From Neocallimastix sp. 'constans' (taxonomy: Eukaryota): a stretch of 64,000 bases of DNA. The translations under genes were made by a program, and so were the position numbers. This document shows, piece after piece, positions 63,732 through 64,000 of the stretch (positions are counted from its first letter, which is position 1; the number at the start of each line of letters is the position of its first letter). The notes under the pieces are model-generated. The model searched no databases. It saw only the letters and a list, made by a program, of their open reading frames with translations, and was not told the DNA's origin. The stretch covers positions 62,001 to 126,000 of the forward strand of contig JBODTK010000155.1 in NCBI GenBank assembly GCA_050613775.1, written 5' to 3'.

Positions 63732-64000
63732 GTATATTATTTTATTATTTATTATAATATATTTATATAATAATAATAATAATAATAATACTAATATGAA
63801 TAAATACTGATAATAATAATGTTAATAATAGTAATAATAATAATAATAATAAAAACGATTTTTTTAAGCTATGAATATTTTTGATAAAATTTTTATTATT
63901 ATTAGTACAACTACTTACAATACTATTAAATTTAATATCAGTAGATAATAATATAAATATATTGTTATCATTATTCTTCTTCTTCTTATTATTATTATTA

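Overview
Extremely AT-rich, intron-containing eukaryotic DNA with long homopolymers and microsatellites. Ciliary genes (NME7, CDK20) alongside fungal-type genes suggest a zoosporic fungus, most likely an anaerobic gut fungus (Neocallimastigomycota); this is an inference. Genes: the 3' part of CTF18 (7 exons), an intronless PP1 glycogen-targeting CBM21 protein, a 73-aa orphan ORF, an intronless HxxxDG acyltransferase/condensation-domain protein, SEC11 (5 exons), NME7/NDK7 (at least 10 exons, minus strand), a 2xRRM Asn-rich Whi3/Scw1-like protein, and exon 1 of CDK20. Mobile DNA: a complete 5.9-kb Mutator-like element (about 53-bp TIRs, 9-bp TSD, disrupted transposase) that carries an inverted-repeat-bounded array of about 25 conserved 35-nt units spaced by (ATTTT)n; three MITEs of the same TIR family at 3.3-4.9 kb; a foldback element; and a decayed Ty3/Gypsy relic with one LTR. 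Two GC-enriched, hairpin-rich non-coding islands (about 19.7 kb and 52.8 kb) are candidate structured RNAs. Most short ORFs in the supplied track are microsatellite artefacts.
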